From Octopus vulgaris (taxonomy: Eukaryota), in assembly GCA_951406725.2 (NCBI GenBank), contig OX597825.1:3100001-3164000 (forward strand): DNA of 64,000 nt. Reading direction: 5' to 3'. The stretch's first letter is position 1; the number at the start of each line of letters is the position of its first letter. A model generated the notes under the pieces. The model saw nothing but the letters and a program-made list of their open reading frames with translations, was not told the DNA's origin and ran no database searches. A program made the position numbers and the translations under genes. Positions 1-14,331 of the stretch are shown here, piece by piece.

Positions 1-671
1 TCTAATTTTGAAGTGCTTCCTTCTCCTCGATATCTGGTAATATGAAAATAAAACCAAAAGAAAAAATAATAATAATTAAAAACTTGTAGTAGGAATGCGG
101 TGTCCATTTTTGTGGTAATTACTTTGTCGGTAATAATATACCCCTTTTCTTTCATACTGCATTAAGATTATTAGTATTGTTTCCCTTCTCAGAACACTCG
201 ATTCTGTGAGTATTGTTGTTGTTGTTGTGTATATCTTTCTCGAATGCCATCAATACAGATATAGAAAACTCCATGCAGTACAACATTTGTGATTTATTCC
301 ACCATGGCAGGAAGAATTTGGTTACACCTCCAGACTAGCTAGCACCAACGGTTGCACAGTTTATTTCATTATGGAAATTATTATCATATTGATATATTTT
401 AATCGCGTGGGAACGATTCTAACTTTCAACTCAGTCTGTAAATTTTGCTTCTCTTTCTTCACCTACATATGTTTAATGAAATCTTAGAAAATTACTAATT
501 TTAAATCTCACAACGTCAGATATAGTAATTTTCGTATTTATATCACAGTAATTTTCAAATTTATATCACAACGTGATATATAGTAATTTTGTATTTTATA
601 GATCAGTGACTAGTTGTCACTTTGAAAACTACATGTTTCGAACGTGAATTTGGCAGCGCCAACTTTAGCCG

Positions 672-845
672 AACAATTATTCTGTGCTGATGAAGAGAAA
701 AAAACCGGAAATATCGATACACAGATATTGTTTTGAGCTGAGTGGGGGTGGTAGATTCCCTTATTCGAAAATATAAGGACACAGATCGCGTATAGCCAGC
801 TGGAGACGATGTCTCATGGAATTAAATTACAGCAACGTTCGTCCT
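672..845 (+). mobile_element. Penelope-like terminal (pLTR) relic with degenerate minimal hammerhead
   Basis: TCTGTG-CTGATGA(687-693)...GAAA(708-711)-TATCGA-TA-CACAGA gives a 6-bp helix I and an intact core, but helix II is broken. The downstream 770-845 resembles the right arm of the 30205-30433 fold-back (agccagctggagacgat). Confidence 0.55.
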
Positions 846-1340
846 AAACCTGTACTGTCATGTTATGTACGCAAACAAACTTTGCAACAATGATGGGTTA
901 GTTGGACAATATTTCATATCGTATACAAACACATTTAAATTTAGAAAAATAAAAAAAATTAGTACGGTTTTGAGAACAATGTCACCAACTCAAACTCATA
1001 CAAATAAGGATGAAATAAATCCTAATATCATAGCTTTATGTAAATACACAAGTTCTAAGAAAACTTGCTTGTTACTATGGCAATGAGAACAGGAAAAAGC
1101 AGTTACAAAATAAAATAAACAGGAATTGAAAAGAGACAGTGAACATCAATTGAGAAAACACCTGAATGGTGGAAGGATGATGTTTTCATGATACAAACAA
1201 GCTTCCTGCGCCTTGGGTTATAAAAGAATATGTGAAACATAAACACCTGTCCCTCCCGTCAGGTTGTTTATAAGATTTACTAATTATCCCATTTTCAAAA
1301 TATAATGATATTTGCTTCTTTGCCCTCTTCTTTCTGACTG

Positions 1341-1373
<33 letters not shown>

Positions 1374-1494
1374 TTCTCTCTGTTTATATCTCTCTCATCA
1401 TCATATATATATATATAGACATACACACACATAAACATACATATAGGTAGACATATATCGAGACAGATAAATGTAGATACACCCATTCACACAA

Positions 1495-1555
<61 letters not shown>

Positions 1556-1799
1556 GTGTGTGTGTATTTCAGTGTGTGTATATCTGTGTGCGTTTGTGTT
1601 TGTGTTGCTGAGTCGGTATGCATATATTAATATATAAATACATATACAAATGTGAGCATATATACACATGGAAATTCATACATTTATATATGTTTGTGTG
1701 AGTGTGTATATGTGTGTATATATGTATATATATATATGTGTGTGTCTACACATACACACACGAACACATCAAGATCAAAAGCCATCTTCCACACGCACA

Positions 1800-1973
1800 T
1801 ACCTACTCTCTTGTACACACGCACGCGCACCTTCATTTGGGGATCACCATTACTTTATCTCCCCTTCTTCCTAGCTCTCACGTATGACCCTTCCGTCCGG
1901 CATTAGCCACGATAGATCGCTAGCCACGACACATTCTTTATTTTCGCTCCTTGTTTTTTTCTGTGTCCCTTTT

Positions 1974-2018
<45 letters not shown>

Positions 2019-2061
2019 CATTTTTTTGTGAATCCTCCCTATATGTATATATATATTTATT

Positions 2062-2131
<70 letters not shown>

Positions 2132-2240
2132 AGGATTCACAAAATAATGGTGTAGATAACAAACAGATGTATTAGTTTAACGTTCGGGAAGTGATAAAGT
2201 CTCTAACGCTTCGAGTCTACGCTCTCCCATAGAAAGGGAC
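1800..2240. mobile_element. Two converging copies of a Penelope-type terminal repeat meeting at a (TA)n tract
   Basis: ttttgtgaatcctccct (ends 2040) and agggaggattcacaaaa (about 2128-2144) are reverse complements flanking (TA)n. The minus copy carries a decayed GAGC-GTAG-ACTC-GAAG hammerhead-like motif. The same family occurs at about 12580-12660. Confidence 0.55.
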
Positions 2241-2513
2241 ATATATATGTATATATATACACAAACTCATTTGATATCTCCTCCATAACTACGGTTTAAT
2301 CTAAAACGCAACTAAAAATACCAAATTGACAGAGTAGCATATATTCACTAAGTATGTGTAGGACATGTGCCCTAGTAATGCTGTACTTCAATGCTAGTTT
2401 TGAATAAACAGTACAAAATCAAATAGCAAGCACAAAGGAAACAAAACGAATACAAGCAAGAACTATATATCTGATATTTGTCTTATTCTTTACTGAGATT
2501 AGTAAGAATACTT

Positions 2514-2592
2514 TCACAGATTCCACATCAGATGTTCATAATAATGCAATTCTTTCTCTCGGTCTTTGAGACTTCCGACACCTTCAGCAAAT
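2514..2592 (-). other. Candidate terminal coding exon, (R)FAEGVGSLKDREKELHYYEHLMWNL*, product unknown
   Basis: Acceptor tttattttgtacatatttctaacag, an open frame to TGA and protein-like composition. No recognisable homology. Confidence 0.2.
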
Positions 2593-2819
2593 CTGTTAGA
2601 AATATGTACAAAATAAACGCAGCAGACGACATTAAACACAAGTGATTTCATTTCCCCCGTCTCTTTCTTTTTTCTTTTCTTTTATCACATTGTCATTTTC
2701 AAACATTTTGCTGTCGTCCTGTCGCGCATTTTAATTTCATTTTATCTTATTCATTCAGTTTATTTTATTATTGTTTCATTCTCTTTATACACATTCGAAC
2801 GACAAAGATAAACAACAGG

Positions 2820-2829
2820 ATGAAGTGGT

Positions 2830-2860
<31 letters not shown>

Positions 2861-2920
2861 GACGAAGACGATGATGATGACGATGATGATGATAATGATG
2901 ATGACGATGATGATGATAAT
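2820..2920. repeat. (GAT/GAC)n trinucleotide microsatellite
   Basis: Read directly; produces the spurious poly-Asp ORF. Confidence 0.95.
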
Positions 2921-3063
2921 ATTTGTAAAGATGTTTTGATGTTGATTATGATAACAGCGGGATTAAAGAGAATACGGCAAGTAGTATTTGTGAGAATTGT
3001 GATGACAATTTATACAACGAGTATCATTATGCTATCTTAGCGATGACGATATTAGGTTTGGGG

Positions 3064-3109
3064 TTTATTATTATTATTATCATTATTACTATTATCATTA
3101 TTATTATTA

Positions 3110-3180
<71 letters not shown>

Positions 3181-3673
3181 GTTGTTGTTGCTGTTTATGT
3201 TGGTGGTGGTGGTGGTATTATTGAGTGAGAGAGAGGTACATGTCGTCAAAGTGACGCTGGGTTAAAATATACGAAACCCAGCATACTCATCATGACTACC
3301 CGTCTGATAAGCGTACACCAGTCACATGTATCACAACAATATGTGAGCGACATGGTGATGTAATATCAAGATCAACAGCGCATGACAATGCAAGTGGGGT
3401 TCAGTTAGATTTTTCTTCAGGTTGAGTGTGCTATCCTGCTCAAAAAATCCCTGAATAAGGGTTGTTTAAAGATGTTCAACGAAACATGTTTCCAGTGGTA
3501 AATTATCCAAACCCCTAAGAATTCTTCTCAACACATGACATATGATGCTCCTCCAGTATTTCTGCTCATGATAAGATGAACATATCGTAAGCCATCAAAT
3601 GATATGCTCAACTGGTTAAGGTTAAACAACTTACAAGCAAATCTCTGATGCTGAGCAGAATATTTACTGTAGC
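3064..3673 (-). mobile_element. (AAT)n-tailed retroposon 3' end, copy 1
   Basis: About 450-bp body (3223-3673) preceded on + by (ATT)n, which is an (AAT)n tail on the minus strand. Clearly homologous to the adjacent copy 2. Confidence 0.75.
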
Positions 3674-3775
3674 TATTCGTTTATCTGAAGACGAAACAAA
3701 GTACATGATAAGACTTCCAATAAGTTAAGATTAGAAGCCATGAGAGCAAGTGCCTGGTAGACCATCACGACAGTT

Positions 3776-3779
3776 ATTA

Positions 3780-3869
<90 letters not shown>

Positions 3870-4297
3870 TATTATTACTATTATTATTATTATTATTATT
3901 GAGTGAGAGAGCAATGTATGCCATCAAAGTGACACTGGGGTAAAATATACGAAGCCCAGCATTATGACTACCCGTCTGATAAGCGTACACCAGGCACTTG
4001 CATCACAAACATATATGTGCGCGACATGGTGATCTCATATCAAGATATACAGCACGTGACCTTGCAGGTGGGGTCCAGTTAGAATATACTTCTGGTCGAG
4101 TAGCCCACCCCACTCAAAAGGACACTGAATAAGGATTATTTAAGGATGTTGAACGCACCATCCATGTTTCCAAAGGTGAATTATCCAAACATCCAAGAAT
4201 TCCTTTCAACACTCGGCTATGATGCTCCCCCACTACTTCTGCTTGTTATCAGAGATGCACACATTGTCAGCCACTAAGAGACATGCTCAGCTGGTTG
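3776..4297 (-). mobile_element. (AAT)n-tailed retroposon 3' end, copy 2
   Basis: gagtgagagagc...catcaaagtgacactggggtaaaatatacgaagcccagc... is collinear with copy 1 and has its own (ATT)n tract at 3776-3900. Confidence 0.75.
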
Positions 4298-5199
4298 ATC
4301 TAGCCACTTCTCATTCATTACTTCTTTCCTCATTGATTAACTGATTATCATATACAGGTACTACGTATGCGGGTCACCGTCAGGAAAAACCCGTAAACAA
4401 TGAAAATGAATACCTGACAACAATGTAAAACAAGAAACTTTCCATGTCATCAGAACATTAAATTGAATGGACCGCTTGACTTTAACAGATAAGCAATGAT
4501 ATATGAACCGAAATATTATAACCTTTCATTGTCTCATCGCCTTCCATAGTTTCTCTCTATCTAAAATATATGTCTCTGTCATATTTATTTCATTACGCAC
4601 CTCTCCACGTGATTTGTAATAAAGAGTGTGATATGCACTTGGTGTACTTGCCTACAGATTTCATTATCGCTTACCCTGTCGGACAGAATGTAAATTATAA
4701 ACGCATAAACATATAAAAATAATGTTTATGGTTGCAGATATAAAAGCAAAAAGAAACAATGAATATATTGAAATTTAATATCATATATTTATATATGGCG
4801 TTCTGAACGGCATCAGTAATAAAAAGGAAATAAAAAATCTACTATTGAGCTTCTGTGTCCTAAACGAAACGTAGATAAACGATCAGAACCGCTTTATTGA
4901 GAGGCGTAACAACAAAATAAAATTAAAAAACACAAAGAACTAAAGGCGAGGAATGAACGGGTAGCATTTGGAACAATGCTCTCATACTGATACCAAACAC
5001 AAAGCGTTCGGTGAGATGTAAACAATATACAGGCGGAACCATTCTACTCGAGAATATTTATTTTCAAGTACTATAATGTGATGTTCATGACAACCAAACG
5101 TAGAGATATATAAATATTAAATATTGTTAATATCAAGAGAAAACGCTGAAAATGAAATAATTTGCATATTATCACACACATGAATATAAAACAAGACTA

Positions 5200-5252
<53 letters not shown>

Positions 5253-6996
5253 CAGAGGACGAAAGACAGAAGGTGAGAGAGAAGGGATGCGAGAAATTTC
5301 TATAAAAGCAATTGTGTATGCAAATAATTGTATGTATGCATGCATACATTTGAATATATAAACACCTAAATTAACACACCAGTATGTGTGCCTGTGCGTG
5401 TGTTTTTGTATGTATCTATGTGCATGTGTGTGTGTCAGTATGTATGCCCGTATTTATCACTGAGGTATGAAGACGTTCGTAATTTAAGCAAAAATGTTTC
5501 TATAATTTATAAAAGCAGCCTTCGATGGATGTTAATCGTTAAGATATTTGTACACACCGTTTTTACACACGGCTACTTTGTAAAACTAGCTCTTTCAACC
5601 AGAAAATATTTCTCTCAACATATTCAACCAAAGACACCTTAAGTTTCATCACTTTCTATATACACAGGCCAAATACACATGCGCTGAGCATCATCCATAA
5701 AGTCACGTGGATCATAGTGAAAATATTGTCTTTCATAACTTATATACTAATATATGGTTGTTTTTCCTAATTGATCATGTGGTAAAAGAATTGCGTTACA
5801 CATAAATCTTCAAGATATTTTGCAGTGCTTGTATGTATAAACTTTAATGTTTTCGAAATTTTGGAAACTCCCCCAATAGTAAAAATAACAAAAGATAAAC
5901 ATCCATTCATACAACAGAATAATTAACTCTACAAGCTGCCACTCACTGTAATTTTCTCCCTTTATACTAAAGTTAACGCGTCATAGTATGTATGTCCATT
6001 ACATTGTTAATTTGTTCAATTCCATTTGAATTATAATTGTATTAGTACAAATTATTCCTCTCTAAATTGGTCATGTCCTCTAGTTAGAAATTATTTTGCA
6101 TATTTATTTAATAGTTCCAGTAACCCGCAATTGGCGGTTTCATGTGACCAGTCAAACTTCGAGATTTGTGGCCATTGTTTTCCGTTTTATGATAGAAGAA
6201 CACGTTGAAAAACTTAGTTCATAACCTGCAAAATAGATGCTTTTGTGGTTGTGGAAATACCTCTGATCTTAGATATCGCAAATCGTGGCACACGGCGTGG
6301 TTCCTAACATATACGACAATTAGACTGTCAAAGGTATATCTGAAATGGAAATATTTAAAGCATCTATTTGATGGTTAAGTGTCTTTCGTTCTAACTAATT
6401 GACGTATAGATTCTGATTAAAGGTATTTTGGCGGTTAAATGTTATGAGTAATGAGTAGAAATCTACAAGGAATAAAAGCAATTACAATAACTCAATAGAA
6501 TATTTACTGCTTACATAAGTAACAAATTGATAACTAATATTTGGTTATTCATCCCCGAGAAAGGAAATGATTTCTGATGAGTTTCCAGGCATTATCTACG
6601 AGAGAAATAAAGAACTCTGTATTATGCAGTCAATCGGGATTGATGGAGTAATTACATAAAATATAATGGTAGTCAAAATAATATGTGAGAGAGATAATTA
6701 CAGTGAAGTTAGCTCCACTTACGAGGAAATTGCTAAGCAAGTAATGCAATAGCTATGGCAGCCGAAAAATTAAAAGAACTGGAAACCAACACACACACAC
6801 AAACACGCGCACACACGCGCGCACACACACACACACACCCACACATACACACGCACACATATATAATAAGGATACGATAATTCATTTCCACAGGAAATTC
6901 ATATTCTTGCAACAGAAGTGTGGTTTATGTATATATGTGTGTATATATATTTATATGTGTGTGTATACACATATATATACTCATATATATATATAC

Positions 6997-7047
<51 letters not shown>

Positions 7048-7317
7048 TACATACACATACACACACACACACATATATACGAATATATTTGTGTGTATAT
7101 GTTTGTGCGTATGTGTGTATGTGTGGAAGAGTCAGTTTGCGAATGACTTGGTATTTAAATGACTTGTACTACATCTTTATTCATACGTTTATATATTTTT
7201 CATTCTTATGTTTTGTCCAGCGTCTTTCGTTGTTTAATAAACATGCACAATATTCTTTTTTATATCGATATATATATGCTGACATATCATTCCACATAGT
7301 TTTCTAAAATACCTTAC

Positions 7318-7354
7318 ATGAAAGGTGTGTCATATTCTGCAAGCAGTGTATCAC
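7318..7354 (-). other. Candidate 37-nt internal exon
   Basis: Good acceptor ttctctttcag and donor gtaagg flank GTGATACACTGCTTGCAGAATATGACACACCTTTCAT. Confidence 0.25.
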
Positions 7355-7756
7355 CTGAAAGAGAATGTCTCAGTTAAAGCAACTGATAAAGTTCAAGGAA
7401 TTGTGTTGATTGCTCGCTCAATGCTTGTTAGAAGTAATACATATCTCGTATCACTGTATTACGAATGACACCTATTAGTAAATGGCTTAAATAATTGACC
7501 AGTGAGATCTACAGAGCAGTAATATTTAGGTATCTGCTAATATTGTTCTGTTATTTGTGATCAGATTCCATAGCATATGTATGACGAAAAATACACTTTG
7601 CAGATAATTTCATATATATCATCTCCTTTTTCAGGAACTTGTTAATATCTGTACAAACTGTCTCAAAACCCACAGACAAACAGTGAACAAAAGGGTAAAA
7701 CAGATACAATATATAAAGCAATTTATTCGTGGGTAAAATCTTTGAACACCACTTAC

Positions 7757-7884
7757 ATTCAAAGATATGACTTTGACCGATCGATAGGGAAGTAATGCAA
7801 AAATATTGTATGGAACAATGAATGTATCTAACTGGGCGATAGAAATCGGCGTTATAGAAGCGGCAAGTTGATAAAAACACACAT
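7757..7884 (-). other. Candidate exon inside the 152-aa and 83-aa overlapping ORFs
   Basis: Consensus donor gtaagt at 7751-7756 and two open frames in non-repetitive AT-rich DNA. The acceptor is weak. Confidence 0.2.
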
Positions 7885-8886
7885 CTTTTTATCAGTAAGT
7901 GTAGAGATATAAAATTACATTCTGTTGTTATATAATTTATCGGAATTAATGGAGAAGGCAAAATGCTATTTGTTATTGCAGCCGTGCGATCATACGCGTT
8001 TTGTTGCAAGGCGCATTATATGGACTATTGCAATATTCAGTATAAATATTTTGAGAGAAATGTTGCTTTCTGAAAATCTTGATCAACCACTTCAAGATGA
8101 GAATTTTCGCGACCTCTAACGTAAATTTCAATAAATGTTCCCAAGCGTAAATTTCAATAAATGTTTCCCAAACGTTGATATTTCAGTTAATTATATTTCA
8201 AAATTCTTTGCTCAACAATCCGAACGGTTTTGACCGATGGCCGAAGACAAATCACTAATTGCGTCACGCTTAAAGTGTTTATATTTTATTGGAACAGTGG
8301 ACTTACATTGAGAATAGAGAATGCTCTAAGCATAGGAATAGTAAAGCAAAAACAGAGTATATCTGAGTGAGTGTAGGTGTATGTGAGTGAATGTGTGTGA
8401 CGTGTCTGTATGTGTCTATGTGTATATGTGTGTCTTTGGAGGGCAATGTTAGGTCAATTATTAGACAACTTAGTATAGAAATTGAAATTACACAAGATCA
8501 ACACAAGGACAAATCTACATGTCACTTGTCTAAGCAATACATTCATTCAAATGACAAAGCGTTTTTCTGCAATTCTACATCTCACGAAATATCGAAAACT
8601 TTTAGCAAATGCAAACATTTGATAGGTGTTGTTGCGTTTACAATGGCTGGTTTCTCTATTTGCCCAAAATGTATGGAGAAATGCACTTGTTTTTTTTTTT
8701 CTATAAAATGTTATAGATATGTTTGTATGTATGCATGCATATTTGTATGTATGTATCTACCTATCACTCTATCTATACATACATGTATGAATATATTTCT
8801 TTATGGATATTTATATGTGTGTGTGTGTGTGTGTTTATGGGTGTTTTTGTTTCTCTGTGTATGTATATCAGTGTGTGTGTGTATAT

Positions 8887-8917
<31 letters not shown>

Positions 8918-11336
8918 TGAACACATATATGCATACATATACTGGTGCGCGTGTATGTGTGTGTGTGTTTGTCTGTGTCTGTACATGCATAATTAAATAT
9001 TTTCAATACGTATCGCATCTAATCATTAATGGAAAATTATACGGTAGCGAAAATATTTGTAAAAGGAAAAGAAATATTCAATATCCGTTTCTTTGAATAG
9101 CCAGTATGCTAGGATTTTACTTGAGGGGAGGAAAAATATGAAACATAGTTTCAAATTTCGAAATAAAAACACCTCATTCTGTAGGGATAAATAATTACTT
9201 AAATTGATAGTTAAACCTCCCTGTCAATTTACTCGCCAGATATATGTCATCATTCTTATTTGAAGAAGTTTTCACACTATCTTTTGAAATTGCTATCAGC
9301 TTTTTTCATCACTTCTCTTATCTTTCAATAACTCTGTGCTGCTTGCTTCAATTAAATGAAATAGCTCAATATAGATTGAAAAAAAACCATATAATATTCG
9401 ATAAAATATATCAACAAAAAATCAAATTAAAAATTGAATTGAAAGAAATATAACCAACATTGGAATAGAGAAACTGATAACAATTGGTTCACTCTCCTTA
9501 TAGGCAAAACACTTGTTTGATGTTTCCTTATAAACAAGATGTTTCGGATTATAATTAATGCTGTATGTATATATTTCCTATGTAAGTAGTTGCATGTGTG
9601 TGTGTGTATGTGTGAGGAGGAAGGCATGCGTATTTATAAAGATAAGCACTCGTTTACACATATTTCTATGCGTGTATTTATGTAAGTATGAAGATTTGTA
9701 TGCCTCGGCCATTCGTTTGTAGTCGATTAGGCTTGGGAACAACACCGGCTTATTAGTTAAAGTTTCCCTTTTCATTTACTCATATTCATTTGTTTTATAC
9801 GGGGAGCTATCAAATTAGTGTTTATTGGGCTGCGTATATGTTAGCTGACAGTAGTTGTAACCAGTGGCATACGCGGGATATTTTCGCCTCGAATGTCTTA
9901 TTAAATAGGATATTAGGTGATTTGTTTTACATGCAAACAACAAAACTATCACAGCTTAATTAAATATTTCTAGTTTTCAGAGTAACATATGACAAAATTT
10001 CACATTCCGTAGTACGTACGTGTCACTTTGTGTGCCGGCACATTACATACTTGTGCGATGGATTCTATGCGGCCACGTGACCAGCCTATTACGCAGTGAA
10101 TCTTACAAAGTAACTACTTCTTACAGAGTAATTCTGAGAAAACATTTGAGATATTAGTATTAGAGATGAACAATTTCATAAAGTCTATTAATTTAACAGC
10201 TTAGCATTGCTCTTGTAGCACTTATGTGGTGACTGCACAAGTGCACAAGCAAACAAATTAGATGGGTTTTTTTTTTACCCTTGTCATTTAACCTAACATA
10301 AGATAAATACTTATCTAAGCACTTATCTGAGTGTAGATAAAGAACAAAATGATAATGTATACAATCTTGAAACATTTCCATAGGGTGCATTCTTTATGAT
10401 CACTACCATCAGCGCAGTGCCAAGTTTGGCATCATCACCATGACTCTCATCATCATATCCGTAAGATGTTTAGTTGATATATTTACTTTATCTCGGTTGA
10501 ACAGATCCCACCCAATAACAGCAATAGTTATTTCTGTATATACGCTTATAATCTTTGTTATCTTTTTATTTTCAATATTTTTCATATTTTATTGATTGTC
10601 ACTAGACTGTAACCGTACTGGGACACACATATCAAAGATAAAAATCGATCGCAAAGGCCAGCGAGAACTGATTGCAAATTATTTTATGGACAGAGATGGC
10701 AAGGATTAAAATGCAAACCAGTATATCTAGAAAGCCGAAGCAAAATATATTAAACAGAAGCGAATTATATGATGCCAGGCTCCCTGACACTCCGACCATC
10801 CATAACATACATTTTCACAAAGCAACGTTAATGTACAAGTTGTTTCTGGGAAGAATTTGTGCAACTGGCTTTCCTAAATGTAGGTCTAACCAACCGAATA
10901 TCTCCATAAAATAGAATCTCAAACTAGAAAAATTAATTTAATTTTGACAATTTGGTAATCCCCGTTTCCCACAGTGTAAGATATATTAAGCACCATTTTT
11001 TTGACTACAGCGCTAGTTCCTGTTCACATAATCGGACATAAAATAGGCAAAAAACATGTTCTGTTTCGTTTCATCTCCATGTAAAAGAAACAGTAACTAA
11101 TATATTAGTTTTTACCATCAAAGGCTTCATTATCATTCTTGCAGAAGGCCAGGATGATATACAGAAACGCTCTTATAGCAAACGGTATATTAATAAACTA
11201 GGAATATACCAATTCAGCACGATATATTCTGTATGAAGGAAAAATCTATGAGGCATTGTTACGACATATATCTGAAATTCAGTATACAATTTATAAATGC
11301 TATGCGATCACTGCTTCGCGTCCTCACCCCACAATA

Positions 11337-11372
<36 letters not shown>

Positions 11373-12030
11373 TGTATGTTTGTGTATGTATGTGTGTGTG
11401 TGTGTATGTATGTATGCATGCGTGTATGTATATACGTTATTTCATTCAATGGCTACAAATATATACCAGAGCTTTACGTTTGGACTAATATACCTGACAG
11501 CATAACACGCGGAACAAAAAAGTGAAGTGAATAAAATTTTTGACAAAAATATTTTTATGTTTTAATTTCTGTTTTAATTTATCCAATTTAAAAATCTCAA
11601 AAAATCAAAAAATATTATTGGCAAAATCAATTAAATCTTCGTGTTAGTAAGCTTTTCTCCAAATATACCAGTTTTTTATCCTGCTCTGCATTAAAAAATT
11701 GCTTTAATAAGAGAGTATGTAAGAGGTGGAAAAGCGCACGTTATCATTCTTATAGATATAACACGTTACACAATTTTGAATTAATATTATTACATTGCAT
11801 TACACTTCTAAATTAATTAAGCGATGTCCACTAACATATTTAAGTGCGTAATGGAATGAATTTCTTCAGAAACATCACAAACAATGAAGCTCTAGCTTTA
11901 TTAAAATGTTGGTGAACTTTAAGCAAGCGTAAATTCGCTTTTTTTTCTTTTACTAATGTTAAACTTTATTCCTTCTTTCTTCTTTGATATAAATACATAT
12001 ATATGTGTGTGTGTGTATATATCTGTATGT

Positions 12031-12061
<31 letters not shown>

Positions 12062-13260
12062 TGGACTAATGAGTTTACGTCAGTTATTGTGCTGATGTGT
12101 TGAGTAAAGCACGGGTGCTGTTTGAGCTGCCTGCTGTATATTTCATTTGGATCTACTTCAGGAAATTCTGCAGTGTTAGTTGAGATAATAATCGATTAAT
12201 TAAACGAAGATATAATTGGTATAAAACTTTATTTTGTACAACCCATCATACGACTCTTCTTTAATGTTAGGATGCCGTGCATCATACAATGGTGCGTGAA
12301 TTTATCAGTCCGGGGCACATCAGGTACACTCGTAAATAAAGTAGTGTCGCGCTAATGAATTTGGATCTGGGCAGTCATGACGTTATTTGGCCGCTTACTT
12401 GACGAAATGAGGTACATGTCAACATGTATATCTTAGCGACAATGAAGGCGTTCATTAAAACAAGAATCTCATGGCCCGACGATTAGCCTGCGGTATATAT
12501 ATTTATATGGGTACATGATGTCAGCAACAGTAAACAACATGTAATACCAAAGCAAATGAGTTCAATACGCTAACTACGAGATGAACGTAGGCTCGAAACG
12601 TAAAAGAAATTTTCACTTTCCCGAGTCTCAAACAAACATGCCTGCTTGTTGTTCATACTTTAATGGTATATATGTAATACTAATATTTATATTTTAGACA
12701 AAGAGTTTCGAAATAAAAGTGCCAAGGTATGAGAGTCATTAGAACGTCATGTGCCTCCTTGTATTCACCTTATTCCTATTACCAATGCCTTCAAAAGCAC
12801 CGCCAAGATGTAGATTGTTTAAATATGCTGTTTTCAAGCAGTTTATGGGTATTTGAATTCAGCATCAAGATAACTTCTCTCTATGACTTTCTATGGTCGC
12901 TTCTCCTCATATTTTACATCTCGCATTAAGCAATACTGTGCATATAAGGCTACAGAACAAGTCAAATTTTCTCTAAAGTAAGCATGTTTTAACTTCTTTC
13001 GGTTGGTTTCAATTAAACTTCGATTGAAATTTCAATAATCATATACTATAAATATATGTCCACACACATTCAATCACGCACACACACAAACACACACACA
13101 CACACACACTCACACACACACTTATGTGTCTGTGTGATTTTCGGCAAGTGCCTCTCGGTTTGTATGTTTCACTTGTGGTCCTTTGTCTAAAACAAACTGT
13201 CTCTGTATCTCTAGAAATCTACTAACATAGACCGCACAGAAACAAACAAACATTAACACG

Positions 13261-13304
<44 letters not shown>

Positions 13305-13548
13305 CACATATATATATATATATATATACGTATGTATGTATACAATTTCAATTACGTACGCATACTTACAAATAGAGATAAAAATATGCAAAGGCATACG
13401 CATATATATATATATATATAAGCATATATCTATAAATACATATGTATATATGCATATACATCCACATACATACATGTATACAAACACACACAAACACATA
13501 TATGTACGTGTATGTATATACATATAAATATATATACATAGAAATGTT

Positions 13549-13631
<83 letters not shown>

Positions 13632-13633
13632 AT

Positions 13634-13666
<33 letters not shown>

Positions 13667-13830
13667 AATATAAATGTTTATATATATATACATACATATA
13701 ACTATAAATGTTTATATATATATGTATGTATATACATATATATATATATATATTTACGTCCATGATCAGAAATAGGAGGACATTTCAATGGTTTCCACTC
13801 TGAAATTAGTAATCATTCTGACATTTCTTG

Positions 13831-14170
13831 CTATCAACTCATATATAAAATTTAGATTTTCATTATAGCTGTCCTATTCTTGTGTTTCATTCATATCTTA
13901 TACCAATATCTGCAACAGTTTCATTTTTACAACTTCATCTCTGCAAAATATCTGTCTCCATTTAATTCATTTGTATTACTAAGCAGCTTTAAAAGAATTA
14001 CTATCAACTCATATATAAAATTTAGATTTTCATTATAGCTGTCCTATTCTTGTGTTTCATTCATATCTTATACCAATATCTGCAACAGTTTCATTTTTAC
14101 AACTTCATCTCTGCAAAATATCTGTCTCCATTTAATTCATTTGTATTACTAAGCAGCTTTAAAAGAATTA
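13831..14170. repeat. Perfect 170-bp tandem duplication
   Basis: 13831-14000 is identical by eye to 14001-14170 (ctatcaactc...aaaagaatta). Confidence 0.95.
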
Positions 14171-14300
14171 CATTTTATCATATCGTGTTCACCTTCCTGC
14201 TTTTCCTCCATAAACTAAACGCGTTTTATTCGCGCATTAGGCGTGGGTGTGTTATGAGAGAAAATATATTTATACACACCTACACAGCCATGTAGTCATG

Positions 14301-14331
<31 letters not shown>

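Noticed and set aside
6574-6615. CTGATGA...GAAA (also at about 15960 and, on the minus strand, about 48110)
   Set aside because: No helix I or II pairing, so not hammerheads.
7635-7694. Plus-strand exon-like ELVNICTNCLKTHRQ resembling half a B-box
   Set aside because: Too short, with no partner exon found.
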